A stretch of DNA of 63,532 nt, counting the filler, from Kipferlia bialata (lineage: Eukaryota): NCBI GenBank assembly GCA_003568945.1. It is 3 parts of 3 records of this genome, joined end to end, with 100 filler letters (N's around TTAATTAATTAA, not from the genome) between each part and the next. Parts side by side here need not be neighbours in the genome. Positions count along the whole stretch, not along the records: positions 1 to 29,796 come from BDIP01000129.1; 2 more parts are not named here. One strand, written 5' to 3'. The notes beneath the pieces are model-generated. The model did not search any database, was not told the DNA's origin, and saw only the letters and a list, made by a program, of their open reading frames with translations. The position numbers were made by a program, and so were the translations under genes. Within the stretch, counting starts at the first letter, position 1, and each line of letters starts with the position of its first letter. Shown in pieces: positions 14,874-28,455 of this stretch.

Positions 14874-14923
<50 letters not shown>
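14874..14923. repeat. (TA)25 microsatellite at the palindrome centre
   Basis: Self-complementary TA run flanked by GGGTCGATG and CATCGACCC. Confidence 0.97.
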
Positions 14924-14927
<4 letters not shown>

Positions 14928-14945
14928 GACCCATCTAATCCCTAG

Positions 14946-16960
14946 GGATGTCCCCAGGACCACCATGGCCAACAGCATCAGATACTTCTTCAGGATGAAG
15001 ATTGTCATTGCAAGAGGTATATATGAAGTATTCTGATCTACTGTGTAGTTTTCAATTTCATTACAGTATTGCATCATATATGTATGTGTATATATATGTG
15101 TGTATATATGTATATGTATTGTAACCTCCAGGCATCGATGAGGACCTGGGTACCTTGTTCTACGTGATACATATAGTGTATATATATATATATATATATG
15201 TCTACATTTATATGTGTGTGTGTATATCCATTTTCTAACCCTTAGGCATCGATGAGGACCTGGGTACCTTGTTCTACGTGATACCTATAGTATACATATA
15301 TGTGTGTCTACATATATTTGTGTGTATATATATATAATAATATATGTATTATTTCTAAATATTATATATATAATCTAACCCCCTAGGCATCGATGAGGAC
15401 TTGGGATGCCTGTTCTACGTGATCCCTCCCCCCGGTGGTAGATACACACCCATCCCCTCAGACCCCAACGACCCTCAGAGACCCCTGCCCATGAGTGAGC
15501 GTGTACGTGTACTCTCTCTCTATATATATATATTGCTCCCTCTCTCTCTTCACGGGCATATTTCCTCACCCTAGGTCGAGAGCACTGCCTGCTGCTCCAA
15601 GAAGGGCCTTGTCAACCTCACAGGCAGTGTGCCGTGCCTAGTGACATCGCCTAGGTACATGTCTCTCTTCCAGTTCCTCCCATTGGATATCTTGCTCTCT
15701 CTCTATATTTACATTTGGCAGTGTGCCATGCCTAGTCACATCACCCAGGTAGGCATCTCTCTTCCAGTTCCTCCCATAGGTTATCTTCCTCACTGAAGTG
15801 AATATGTGGGTCTCATATATCTTTAAGACCACGTTATTCTGACCCTCCAGCCGTGGCACCACGCTGACCCTCAACATCGAGAACCTTGGCAAGAAGCCAG
15901 TGACTCAGGTATAGGACTGTATTGGGTACTATTATTGATAGAATATATATATATATATATATTGTCATTATTATTGCATACTTGTCCTTACTCCCAGATC
16001 TCCTGGTCCCTCGGCTACAAGATATGCCGCAAGTTCAACCCCGGAAGGTATATATAGAAAACGTATACATTCAGTATCATAGCATATATGCAACACGTAT
16101 CCTGTCCCCCTCACTAAATATTGATACCAATAGTTAAGTATTTATGTGCACATCAAGCAACTCCATATGTTCCACTGTTAGTATATTGCCTTACTCTCAG
16201 GTCCAATAATACATCTGAACACATATATATTGACTATTCAATGATGAGAGTCATTTCCATACTGTTCTCACTCCCAGGTCCAATGAGTATGTGACCGGGT
16301 ACATCCACCACATCAAGGTATGGTATGGTACAAATACTCACTTCATATCTATGTATTAAATTAGTTGTATATTATTATATTCATATTTGTATTTCCTTTC
16401 ATACCTAAATCTGACCATATTTTCTATTTGTTCCACTGTTGTTTCATGTCGATTGCCGACGTAAACCCACAGAATCATATCACTCCCTACAATGTATATT
16501 TATATGTGTGTGTGTGTGCGAGTATCTTATCTGCAGGGCGAGTACATCCTGCCCAGGGCCATTGAGCCCTTTGGAGGAAGGACAGTCACCCCCATCACCA
16601 TAGAGATCAGGCCAAACAGGTATGTATATATATATGTATATATATGTATATATAGAAAGACGATCACCCTTATCACCATAGAGATCTGGCCAAACAGGTG
16701 TGTATATATATATACTATTATTATCAGTGTCAAACGCAATCTTTTGATCACCCTGCGTTGATTCTCACTCTCAGTGCCGAGCACCGCAAGCCCAACGAGG
16801 AGATCAAGGGATACGACAGGGTATGTATTGCACACATGGTTTTCGCTTCATGCAAAATGTCTGCATACTGTCCAAGTGTACGTATATTTGATCTAATAGT
16901 CAGCTTGGCGAGTATGCCTGGGAGAAGAAGTTCCTTACCCTGCCCGCACAGGACTACAGG

Positions 16961-17006
<46 letters not shown>

Positions 17007-18500
17007 ACACCCTTAATGCATAGGAAGCTGGACAGTTCTGCTCAGGGTGAGGTCTCTCAGATCTTCATGATGAACACATACATCGAGGTCAAGACAGGTA
17101 ATACCACATATGTACATGCTATTACTATTTAAATATATATGTACCTTATATATACTATATATATACTATATTCGTATTACTATAGATATACTACATCGAG
17201 GTCAAGACTGGTACTAGCACATGTCAATATTTGTATGTATCTATGTATTGATATATATCAATAGTAACTGGCCTCTTCAACCATCATGGTCTTCATGAAC
17301 CCATATGTATAGCACTAACAGACCATTCCTTGACTCCCTAAGTGTATACTGCTCACCCCCCAGATGTGCATGGCTGCAGTGCCAGTCTCACTCTATATAC
17401 TAATATGGTGGGATATATGTGTATGGAAGTATCCACTCTATATATTGTTTCTAACCCTTAGATGTGCATGGCTGTTGCAGTGCCAGTCTCAAGGTCCCTA
17501 TCCACTGGACTACATCAGGTGTGGTCATTGTGATACATATGTGTATACTATTATTGGAGCCCTCGAGGTTGCCCCCTCGAGGTTGCCTACCTTTGTCTCT
17601 ATATATATTATTGCATTTACATATACTGTAACGTATACTAACCCCAGCTCCCCTTATCATGCTGCCCTTTACATATATATATATGTCTCTCTCTTTCCTC
17701 AATATACACTAACCCCCAGCTGCCCTTGACGCTGCCCCTGTTCCCCTTGCACCTATGGATGCGCTCAGTGTACCACCCGCATTCAACACTGAGGTACATA
17801 CAATGGTACCATAGCATACACGACTGGTGTTCATCCACGTACACTCTCTAGTATGTGATGAATGTAATCTCTCCCACCCCAGGTCCGCCCCCCCAACCCC
17901 CCTCCCAAGGAGCTACTGACATCTGCCGGGGCCACAGGGTTTGTACCGGTGGGACTCCCAACAGGTACATTGGTATAGTGGTTACCATATAGTCTGGTAT
18001 CTCTCCCTCTCACTCCCTCTCTGTCTAATCTCTTAGGCCGCATGTCCACCTCTGACAGACTCTCCCATGTGCAGCCCGGGGCATCGTCCAGCACCGCATA
18101 CAATGCACCTACACCTGCTAGTGCCTCTAGTGCAAACCCAGCCCCTGCTCCTATGGCCCCTATGGCACCCGCTGTGCCATCATACGTACCCCCTAGTGGC
18201 AATGATGCATATGGCTCTACAGCTGGGGCATACGGCAACCCCTCTGGTCCCTCTGCATACTCAGCAGACACGGCATATGGAGGGGCATACGGGACACAGG
18301 GAGGCGCAGACCTGCAGGTACAGTAGCAGCTGTATATATATGAATGTATGTATGTACAGTAATATTCCTCTCTCTCTCGCTCGCTCGCTCGCTATTAATA
18401 TGCTTCCCTCTCAACCCCAGTGCAACCCTCCCGGAGTGTTCTCTCTCTCTCTCTATCTTACCTCAGTACAACCCCCCTGCCACTGCTGACGATGCCTTCA

Positions 18501-18538
<38 letters not shown>

Positions 18539-18898
18539 TCTACATTACCTCAGTACAACCCCCCTGCCACCGCTGACGATGCCTTCACATACCAGTACAC
18601 CCCAGACACAGCATACCAGCCCACAAACACAGATGGTATGTTTATATTTATATTTATATATCTGCAACAATGATCTATGTATATATATATATATATAACC
18701 AATTGACATGCTATACCAGTACACCCCAGACACAGCATACCAGCCCACAAACACAAACACAGATGGTATGTTCATATGTGTATAGGGAACAATTTAGTCT
18801 ACAATCACTCCGTATTCCAGTGTTTCTTCTCTCTTCCTTTCCTGTCTCTCACTCTAGCTGATGGCCCCCCTCCCCTGGCATACATGTACGGCCAGTAG
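14946..18898 (+). CDS. Alpha-arrestin (ARRDC-like) protein, ~16 exons, N-terminus missing
   Basis: Phase-consistent splicing gives DVPRTTMANSIRYFFRMKIVIARGIDEDLGCLFYVIPP...VESTACCSKKGLVNLTGSVP...TTLTLNIENLGKKPVTQISWSL...IFMMNTYIEVKTDVHGCCSASLKVPIHWTT, matching the end of arrestin_N and the arrestin_C pattern. A Pro/Tyr-rich tail ends GPPPLAYMYGQ-TAG (18896-18898). Confidence 0.75.
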
Positions 18899-19426
18899 GT
18901 CAGTGGACTGGAAAGAAACCTTTGGCTCTTGATGCCTGAGGAAGATGCTCAGGGTGGTACTATGATGGAGCAGAGAGAGGCCCCCCTATGGACAGTAGGT
19001 CAGTGGACAGGTGGAAGTCGCTGGTTGTTGAACTGCGGACATGTTAAAGGCGGAGCGTACTTTGTAATAGACGTAAATTATTTTCCTTTAACTGAATACT
19101 GGAGTGGTCTCAGTTCCCGACCCCTCAAGCATTTAGAGGTGTTTCTATGTGTAGCACTAAGGAAATAAATATATCGGGCACCAGACTATTCTCTAGTCCT
19201 CTACCAACTGTAATCTCCCAGTCTGACAGGTACTGTATATGTTCTCAAATCATGTCCTAACGGTGGGGGACACTTTGTCACTGTATACAGTGTATACTAT
19301 ACACCTGTTGAAAACTTGTCACTGTTCACCAAATATGTAGTCACTGTTCACCCCTGCCACTGTTGACCAACATATGACATGCGACACTCAAGGACCCCTC
19401 TCTAACTTTGACCAAGAGACTCACGT

Positions 19427-22400
19427 ATGACTCTTAAACCAAAGGTACCGACTGCTAAGAGGAGGCCTAAGCACTCCTCAAAGGAGGTAGACTTGGCGGA
19501 GTCACGACACCGTCACAGAGGGACCGCAACGGTGGGTGGGGGTGTAGCTGAAGACATCCAAGAGAGACACACTGTGAGTGAGGCAGTGTCTCAGGGGTCA
19601 ACCACTGGTGGGCAGGGGAGGGAGGGACCAGTCGCACATGATGGAGCAGAGCCTTCGCTGTTCAGTGGTAGGAACAGAAAATTACAGGCTCTGAGGTAAT
19701 ATATCCACAGTATACGCCACTTCATCTCACTCTAAATGATAGACACTGGCATGAGTAAAGCGGTCCAAGCTGTGACACCGGCATTTCACATGAATACAAG
19801 TACATGAGATATATTTAATAAACCACATCACCGGTACTCATCTACAGTAGGATGACCGAGATCCAGAGACGCCTGAGTGATAGTCTGTCCTCAGGAGTGG
19901 AGACCGGGGCGGTTCTGCTGGACATGGAGAGGGAGTGCGGAGGGTACAAATGTAAGTGGTCAGCGTGTGTAGTCATATGTGCAACCAATGACGATCCATA
20001 CCCATGTGAGTTGATTCTCACCTCAGCTCTAGCTGTCCCCTGTTTCAGTGTGTGTCTTACTGCCTTAAGAGCTCACCCTACCTGCCCAGTGACTCTCTAT
20101 GACGCCATGGTTCCCCTTCAGACGCTCATAGGTAGGTCGGTAACTAGGTGTTTGGTTTCGCATTAGTAACACATACTGTAAATTGGATAGCAGTGTAGAG
20201 ACTCTAGACTAGAGTGACCCAACACAGACTGACGACCAGAACACCTCCCAGCCTTCTCCTTCAATGAACTTGGTGAACTGTGCTCCATACTGATCAATGC
20301 TGCTCGGACACTCGTACAGGAGCCCCACAACTGGGACGTTGTAACCAGGTAAGGAGACTGATAATATCAATGATTATAGTCAATAATCCAAATCACTAGG
20401 CTTTCTATAGTCTGACGCTTCAGTATCTTGGACACGCTCACTCACTATGTCCTGGAACGGGCAGTCGTGTGGACTGGATCCACAGGTCAGTTACCATGAA
20501 TTCGTAAAATCATCCCAACTTGCTATACGTCGGATTTGTTACACATCCACTGTATATACCTACTATCACTCCTGAATGACTATATATATTTGACATCAGG
20601 AGATGAACCCGCCTCTGAGCCCATGGCATGTGCCCTGTATCTATTGAACACAGGTATATACCTATACAATACTAATATGGTAAATATATGAATGAACACC
20701 GAGTATTGTAGTAAGTGCGAGCAAAAGCAGCAACGTTAAGGACTAACCCCAGGCATCTGCCCCTGTGTTCAGTCAGTTCTGGATGCAGCAGCACTGGAGA
20801 GACAGTTCATTACCAGTGCCAACAGATACCCAGCAAGTCTTAGACCATTCTCTACGGGTTCCCCAGGGTACACCATTGCTGACGGAATCATTCCAGGGAT
20901 AGAGGCCTCTTGCGACTCTGAGTGGGTTGACACGTCAGTGAGTACTCCAGCTGCTGACTCTGGAACAATCCCTTCTGCCACTCAGGTTAATTGGGAAGTA
21001 CCTGACACCCAAAAGACTACATGTCATCCTATTCTCTCCGATAAGTCCATGTGTGGGGAGGTGGGCGCATGGGTTGCCACTGGAAAGAGTGTGAAGCAAG
21101 AGGGAGGAGGGAGGGATGCGGATGGTGACCTGCGTATGGTATCTACTGCCGGGACAGACGATCCTGCACTGCACCTTCCATGTGTGTCCCTCGACCAGAC
21201 AGCTGGGAATGTCCTGCCAGTCAAGTGTGGTAGTAAGAGAGCGAGAGAGAGCAATGCTGATGCGATGGGTGCAGGACCTACCACTGTTAACTGGTGGTGC
21301 GGTGGTTCAGTGCTGGCCAGCAGCGCCGGCCCGTTTAAGCAGGCACTCTCACCTACTAAGCAGCACCCAGCCCTGGCTAAGAAAGTAGCCATCAAGACAG
21401 ATATACTGTCTACCCTCCACTCCGTCTCTGCGAGACTAGCAGCCAGCTCCGTACCCCTAGACAAATATAATGCGGCAGAGATGTCTTACCAGGTGAACAC
21501 TGTGTTTTCCAACATCAGGAGACTGCTGGATCGGACAAGAGGTGACAAGAGAGGAGTGAAGAGAAAGGCAGAGAAGCAAGAGAAGGGCAGGAAGACAGTG
21601 ACAGAGAAGAAGCCCTTTGAGGATCCGTCAAAAGTGATGGCCAGACGGGAACTCTGGCGGGTTAGTGAGGCAGCCCTGAAGCTCTTACACAGTATTGTCC
21701 ACGGTATGTGTGTCACTAAGTATCCGAACATAACTCTTTAACTGTATCCATAGGTAGTGCTACTACTCCATCAAGTAACATTAGCACCAAGTATCGAACT
21801 AGATATCGACACTGTGAAGCAGCTTGTCCACATCCTCGAGACCCACGGGGACATGTGTCCTGAGTATGGATACATGATGCTGACGCCACTCACACACACA
21901 GGCAAGTAGTAGACGTTTAAAAGCAGCTGATGAAGTGGCAGGCTGGTCTATATTAAATATAGTATATTTGCTCTATTCATACAATGGCTGGAATGATCTC
22001 ACGGCTAGAGAGCTCCTGTAGTCACCTTTTCGATGCTGGGATTCTGTCTGCACTTGCCACACAGGCCAAGAGACACCCAGAGGTGAAGGGAGTAGTGTCG
22101 TCACTATTGCGCACAATGCTGATTAGCAATGAAGAATCCAGTTCATCAGTCCTTTTCATCCCCGCCTGACACCAGCATGAGGTCTGGCTTTCGAGGTTCA
22201 CCCGGATGCTCCTAGCTAGAGGTACGAATGCAATGTATAATAGAACGAGTTAGTATATTGCATAGAATAATGCAGACATTTGGATATGTTCCCACCTCCT
22301 AGGTTCTGCCATCGACGGTGGCACACTGAGGCTTGGCTTTCTGCCCCTCTTGCACCATGTACTTGCTATGCCCAACCACATACGGACAGGGGAAGGTGCG

Positions 22401-23045
22401 TGTAAATGAGTTGTAGTAACGGGCGTTGCAGCTAAGCAGTCGTAGTAAAGAGCAGCTCAGATCTAGGACGAGAGCAAAACGATATACAGCAACATATACT
22501 GTATATGTTACATATACAACTCTATTCAGCCTCACTAACCCAGCCACCCTGCGGTACGACTATCAGATCACGAGATCAGCCACAATCGCTCTTCTTTGTG
22601 GGGCTCTAAGGAGAGGTGAGAGGCGTTGCATCAAGTCTTTCTCATCCACAGAGTCGTCATCCATACACATGATGGGAAAGACCAATGACTATATATTCTA
22701 CTCCACCTTGGGAGTATGACTCCCTTAGCTGCAACTTTACTTATCACAGACTCTGTGACATCAATAGAGTCCCTTATTGACGGACCCTACTCGATTCAGT
22801 CCTCACTGTACCCGCTGATTTCCTCCTGGAAGTGCCGAACCCCCCTCGGGACAGCAGCAATATTAGAGGTGAGCTATAATAGCAAATAGGTATCGAAGTT
22901 GGCACACCAACCGTCTAGTTCTAACCACCAGCTCCTTGCTGATTCCTCCAATGTTCTGCTATCCACAGCAGCAAAGAGTACGCGGCAAGTGCACTGTAGG
23001 ATAATATCACGATACCCTCAGTCACAACTTATGACTCACAACTGA
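19427..23045 (+). CDS. Multi-exon hypothetical helical (ARM/HEAT-like) protein
   Basis: ATG 19427 (MTLKPKVP...), large exon around 20750-21704, and helical segments such as LFDAGILSALATQAKRHPEVKGVVSSLLRTML and GFLPLLHHVL. The 3' end is uncertain. Confidence 0.55.
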
Positions 23046-23055
23046 TATTACTATT

Positions 23056-23167
23056 TATACCCTGTAAATTACAGGGTATAGGCCTATAATTATATAATTA
23101 TTATATATTTTCAATGTCAAATTTTATATATATATAAAATATATAGCTGGCCCAGCCCTACCTGTAA
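23056..23167. mobile_element. Small AT-rich element with hairpin and imperfect inverted ends (MITE-like); mirror at 6630-6741
   Basis: Perfect 12-bp stem TATACCCTGTAA-A-TTACAGGGTATA (23056-23080), then a very AT-rich core ending GCCCTACCTGTAA, an imperfect inverse of TTACAGGGTATAGGC. Confidence 0.3.
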
Positions 23168-23231
23168 TAAAGAATTTTTTTTTCAAGGCCATTCGAACAG
23201 AACACCGTACCTGTATCCTCGCCTAACCCAG

Positions 23232-26200
23232 TGCCAATAAGACAGGCTTCACTCTTTCTCCGACCAGTGTCGAAGGCTCTTTGCAACGCTAACATCGGGT
23301 TGCGTCAGAATCAACCCTTAAACTGGCTGAGAGGAGGTCGGGTGCTGGCTCATGCTATGGTTGAGACATCTGTTGTGCGTCAAGCGTACTGTACGTAGAC
23401 GACTACACTCCATTAATTCATACTCTATCACTAACTGATACTTACAAGTACTCACTCAACTCAGATCTGAACTCTGTCCCAGCCTACATTCCCGACTTGC
23501 ACCTTGCCCTCTTAAAGGTACCTGAATTATTGAGCGTTTGAACCGTTTGTTCTCGCCAGCCCTAGATACAGCACTCCTTGTCGAAACTGAGGCAGTGTAA
23601 CCTGAGTGGAACACCCTATCTGTCACAGATAGGCTATCTGTGCAATGATGCACGTAAAGTCGTACTCACGCCAAGGTGCTGAAGTCAATGAAGTACTCAA
23701 GTCAGGAGACTCAGCTTGTGGGTAACATAGCAAAGCTCCTCTTCTTCATGGCGGTCGTCGAAGGTATATATGCAGTATTCTGGTGAAGTATACACTATTT
23801 GGTCATGATGCAGGAGATAGAAAGTAATTTCATCTCTGTAACTTGCATGGGTACAAATACTACTGCGTGACATACCGACCAATATAGTTGGCCTCACACT
23901 AGAGTCTAGAAGTCCTTCTGAAATGTGCGAAAGGGACCGTATCTATGGCGGGACATGTGATGCTCTTGTGGCCGTCGTGAGAGAGATGCCACTGAACAAG
24001 CAGACTCTTCAGGTTGGAATACTTGTAGCAACTAAACCTACTGAGTAGAGTTTTTGATTCAATCAATTTGATTGGGTCAATATTATTGACTCAACAATAG
24101 CATGCCAATTGGTTACTAGTAGTAACTTACTACTAGACTCGATACTGAATTTCATTCAGTGTGGGCATTGACTCTATTAGAGTCACTCTACGTATCAATG
24201 ATACTGATGCTGTTGGTGCTAGAGTGGACTCTACTCAGTAGAGACTGACACTCCAGGCAGCACTCCCTATCTGGCGCCTGTTTGCATTGTGGACTGGGAA
24301 TGGTGAGAGTTGGAAGTATATCCATACACACTAAGCTAAAAGCAACTCAATATTATACATAGTAATTAATACTTGACCATTGCATATGGAAGAGTTACAC
24401 TATACACGTGTATGATGTCTTGTAAGTTGATGCTCACTGATCAGCTGCCAATGCTGACGCCCTGCAGCCTGTGAGAGACCAGATGCGGTTCTCGAAGTTC
24501 GTCGGGGAGAGCGAGAGGATAATATGGCACAAGACAACCCTAAACCGAGAGGGAAGACTGATCTCCCTGTCAGACCTATACACAGAGGGCACCAACAGTG
24601 AGGGACAGAAGGTGGTGAGCCTGACTTATCAAGACGAGGATGTGACTGCTATGCGGACAGAGCTCTACTACATAGGACAGAGACTGGATGCGTTCTTTAG
24701 GGTAAGTGAAACCGTTTCATGCATAGGCGATTCTAGTCTGAACATTAACTGACTCAGATACATGCGCAGAAGATCCCCGCTCGTCCTCGCTACAAGAGGA
24801 GGCCCAAGAGAAACAGCCAGTTAGCCCAACAGACACGAGCTGAAGTGAAATCCATCCTTAGTGAGGTGGATGGGGCTCCTTTATGGCTCTAGATTTTGCA
24901 CTTGGCCCAAATGTCTCAGATGGTTGACCAACAAGATTCAATACTGCATATGAGCGGTGATCCATATATATAGTAGGAGAGACATAACTGTGTTTAGTGG
25001 TATAGAGGAAAAGTGTAGTCCTATGGACCTGTACTTGCAGTACAGTAAATGTACCATTGCATGAGTAACTAGACTTCTTAAAGTGCATGTGGAATTAATG
25101 CTGAATCGGAGCCTCTGATACAGTGGAACGAAACCATATCACATATGGGGTTGTCTGACTAGGTTTGAGATCCCAAAAGAATGTGAAGAGAGGGGTATAC
25201 AGTATCATACCATCTTTGGCTGCTGTTGACTGAGGAGATACCCATCACAGGAGACACACTCTCCTCAGTCTCAGAGAGACTTCTAATTTGTCAGACAGAT
25301 ACCGACGTGTGGTATGTCACAGGACCCGAGCGAGGCTATAGCGGTGTCACTAGAGCAGCGCAAGGGTGAACTCTTCAGGTACATAAGTCCAATTGACGTA
25401 ACAAGTAGTTCCAAACTACAATTCATAGAACCGTCCATATCAATGAGGGTATATCATGTTCTATGTGTGTACATCTATATGTTTTGACATACTCTGATGT
25501 GAATCTATGTGTGAATATTTGTGTCGACGCCCTCTGTAATACACGGGCCTTGTATCTATCACAAGATATGAATCATATCTGATATGATCATCATGTATAT
25601 AGACTGGACTCACCCAGGTTCATTGAGACGTCCATTGACTGGACTAGAGTTATCGACTCTCCTGTGTCAGGTATAGATAGTTGCTTGTGAGCACTATCTG
25701 TGGTGCTCGAGCATCTATCTTCTCTTCATACATATTTTGCCATCGTTACCTGCATATACATGGTTTGTAAAATACACTTTAGTTCACCCAGAGCATGCCG
25801 AAACGGACTACACCCCCTTACTGGGAGACCCGGCTGACCCACAGAAGTCTGCACAGGCACTAATGGACCTAAACAGGAGGTATGTACATGACGACACCTT
25901 TCCTGTGAATCACCATACCCACACAATAACTATTCACATAATACTTTAACAGAACTGGTGTTTGTCCACCAGAAGACAGTCTGTATATATGTGCTTCACA
26001 CTGCTAAAAAGTATGTTCTGCATGTTGCGGAACAGTACTTGAAGTCATTAGTTATAACAGTACTTGTGGCACAAGTACAACCCTTACCCCCAGTATTGTC
26101 TCTCAGATGGACGCAGCTGAAGTGCAGAGACTATCAGGCATCATGGGGGTATGTATACTATCCCTGTTATTCTAGAACTGCATATTTGCCTCACTGTTTA

Positions 26201-26352
26201 CTCCTTCTGATTGGTAGTTAATACTGGCTGGAGCTCTGCACGAGATGGATGAGGAAGACATGCAGACTCACCAGGTGAAGGGGTTCTTCTACACACACAC
26301 TGGAGAGTTTGTGCTTTACTGGATCAGGGATCCACACACGGAGGAAGCTTGA
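23232..26352 (+). CDS. Multi-exon hypothetical protein, possibly the continuation of 19427-23045
   Basis: Exons encode VLKSMKYSSQETQLVGNIAKLLFFMAVVE, GTCDALVAVVREMPLNKQTLQ, ORF 24471 segment, KGELFR|FIETSIDW, LLGDPADPQKSAQALMDLNR and IVSQMDAAEVQRLSGIMG, ending WIRDPHTEEA-TGA. Confidence 0.5.
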
Positions 26353-26580
26353 ATATACGCTCAATAGACAAGTATCCATTACTAGTTAGAGGCCAAAACT
26401 TAGAGTCCTTGAGAAGGAAACTCACGAATGACTGTCATAATGACAGTGTCATTATCTGACAGATGGTATCTGTTTACTTTATGCTGTGAAAGAGTGATAC
26501 TAAGCAGGGGTTTTGTCTCGGTAGTGATCCGAGAACATAACGCATGAAGACACCTGAGTCTTCAAACAGGAGCAACACAC

Positions 26581-27531
26581 TTACAGAGGCCTGGACACTG
26601 CCCATCTCCGTCCCTCCTGAGGGTATACAAAGGATGTATCAACAAAGTGCAGCGCATGTGGTCTTGTGCTTCTCAGGGCTAGTGCTGCAGTGAACATGCC
26701 CTTCCCACACACGCATGTCTCCCCAGAGTCTACCTGCAGAGGTGTGATGTCACCTGATATGGTGTCGTATGCCAGCCAGGATACTGGTATGGCCCTGTTC
26801 CCCTTCAGTTCTTGACTAATGAAGAGATACTGACCTACTCCAACACATGAGATGTCTGATAAGATAGAGAACCTGCTCTGACCAACAGGAACGCTAGTGC
26901 GAGTGACTTGACACTTCTCCTCAATCCAACCGCTTGCAGGGGAAAAGGAAAGGATGTTTCCCTCCTTGTATGTCACTGCATATGCCCGCCCACCTATACC
27001 AGGTAGAACTGCTAGTGCTGAGGCAGTATTCAGATTCTTTGACTGGAGATCAGGAGTGGGGGTGTCTAACTCTACCCACCCATACTCAGGCGCATCAGGG
27101 TCAAATCTGTAGGTCTTGAGGCAGCAGGGTTCTCCGTCAGTCTTTGACTTCTCCACTCTGTATATGCAGTTCTCTAGTACGAAGGTGGCCTGAGTGCTCT
27201 GGTAGCAGGTGTCCTCTGGGAGCTCCAGTAGAACGTCCTCCATGGGGTATCTCGACTCTGTTGCCAGGTCAATGGCTACTAAGAACTGACAATAGTCTGC
27301 ATGCAGACTCTCATGTCCATAGAGCACACCGCCCACGCACCCTACCAGGTTCCTTATACCTGGCCAGAGTATTGTCTTGTCCTCAATAGTGTTGTCACTG
27401 CGTAGGGAGTGAATGTGTATGACACCATCCGTCTGCAGGACAGCATGGGTACGTGGGTCGATGTCAACAACACAGCGAATGTCACTGGGGGTAGCGTGTA
27501 CGCTACAGTGGTGACAGAATACACCAGACAT
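26581..27531 (-). CDS. Intronless Kelch-like/beta-propeller hypothetical protein (mirror of 2266-3216)
   Basis: Identical mirror ORF. Confidence 0.6.
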   Translation of the reverse strand: MSGVFCHHCSVHATPSDIRCVVDIDPRTHAVLQTDGVIHIHSLRSDNTIEDKTILWPGIRNLVGCVGGVLYGHESLHADYCQFLVAIDLATESRYPMEDVLLELPEDTCYQSTQATFVLENCIYRVEKSKTDGEPCCLKTYRFDPDAPEYGWVELDTPTPDLQSKNLNTASALAVLPGIGGRAYAVTYKEGNILSFSPASGWIEEKCQVTRTSVPVGQSRFSILSDISCVGVGQYLFISQELKGNRAIPVSWLAYDTISGDITPLQVDSGETCVCGKGMFTAALALRSTRPHALHFVDTSFVYPQEGRRWAVSRPL

Positions 27532-28455
27532 CAGTGTGGGCACACAATATGTACTTTAAGATTTAGAAGTGTCAATCTAACGATGGCGGTTCCAGAGTAC
27601 AGAAGTATGTAGAAGAGCTATTTGAGATCGCATGGCTCATACTACCAGTGCGGTTGACAAAAGATATCCTATTGAATAGGATACTCCCAGTGGTGTTTTA
27701 GTGCCACTGAAACTCTCAGCAAGAGAGTGCCTCTCAAATTGAGAGTCTCAATGCCACACTGTGCCAACGAGAGTCCCAAAATGAATCCCTCACCCATATC
27801 CTATTGAAACCTTCATTGGTAGCTAAGACCACACATGGAAACTCTCCTTGAGGTCCCGTCGGTAATGCCCTCACTGAGGGTCCCAAGACTGCATCAGCTA
27901 ATGCTATCAGCAGATTCTCTACAGCAGTCGGCTTGACACACTCATCATAAAATGAAGTATATTGTGTCTCATACGACATCAAACCCAGTGCTGAAAGAGC
28001 ACTGCAACCAGTGGAGTCTATAGACAATATACCTTTGCATTCATTCAGTGTCTCAAGCTCTGGTACAAGTATTCTCAGACTACATATCCATGTTGTACAA
28101 ATATTCAAAGGCATGAGCCTCTGTGGCTATATGTTACATCCAATCCTCATCTACGGGCATATACCACAAGGTGCCCCTGAAGATCAAAGAAGAATCGCCA
28201 GGACGGCTGGACCCACGGGTGCTCAGACAGAAGCTCCAGCTGGTTGATCTCCCCACTCATGATCATCTGATGTGTCAGGACACTGAAGAAGACAACGTTC
28301 TGGGAATTGACCATTGATTAGTAATCAATGATTACATAGAGAATTAGTAGTCTGTTATACACTATGTCACCCTAACAAAAGACTATTAGTGCCACTAATT
28401 TAGTCGTGTATCTGTTACTATATAGTATATAGTAGAGACTTAGGATTGAACCCAC

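Noticed and set aside
14720..15077. Overlapping identical 72-aa ORFs on both strands
   Set aside because: By-product of the palindrome centre; antisense to an arrestin exon plus the TA repeat.
15132..15284. Echoes as conventional mutually exclusive exons
   Set aside because: They are truncated and lack the matching second splice site, running into microsatellite sequence.
18929..19168. 79-aa ORF in frame after the arrestin TAG (possible readthrough)
   Set aside because: No recognisable protein features and TAG acts as stop elsewhere; cannot be supported without ribosome profiling.
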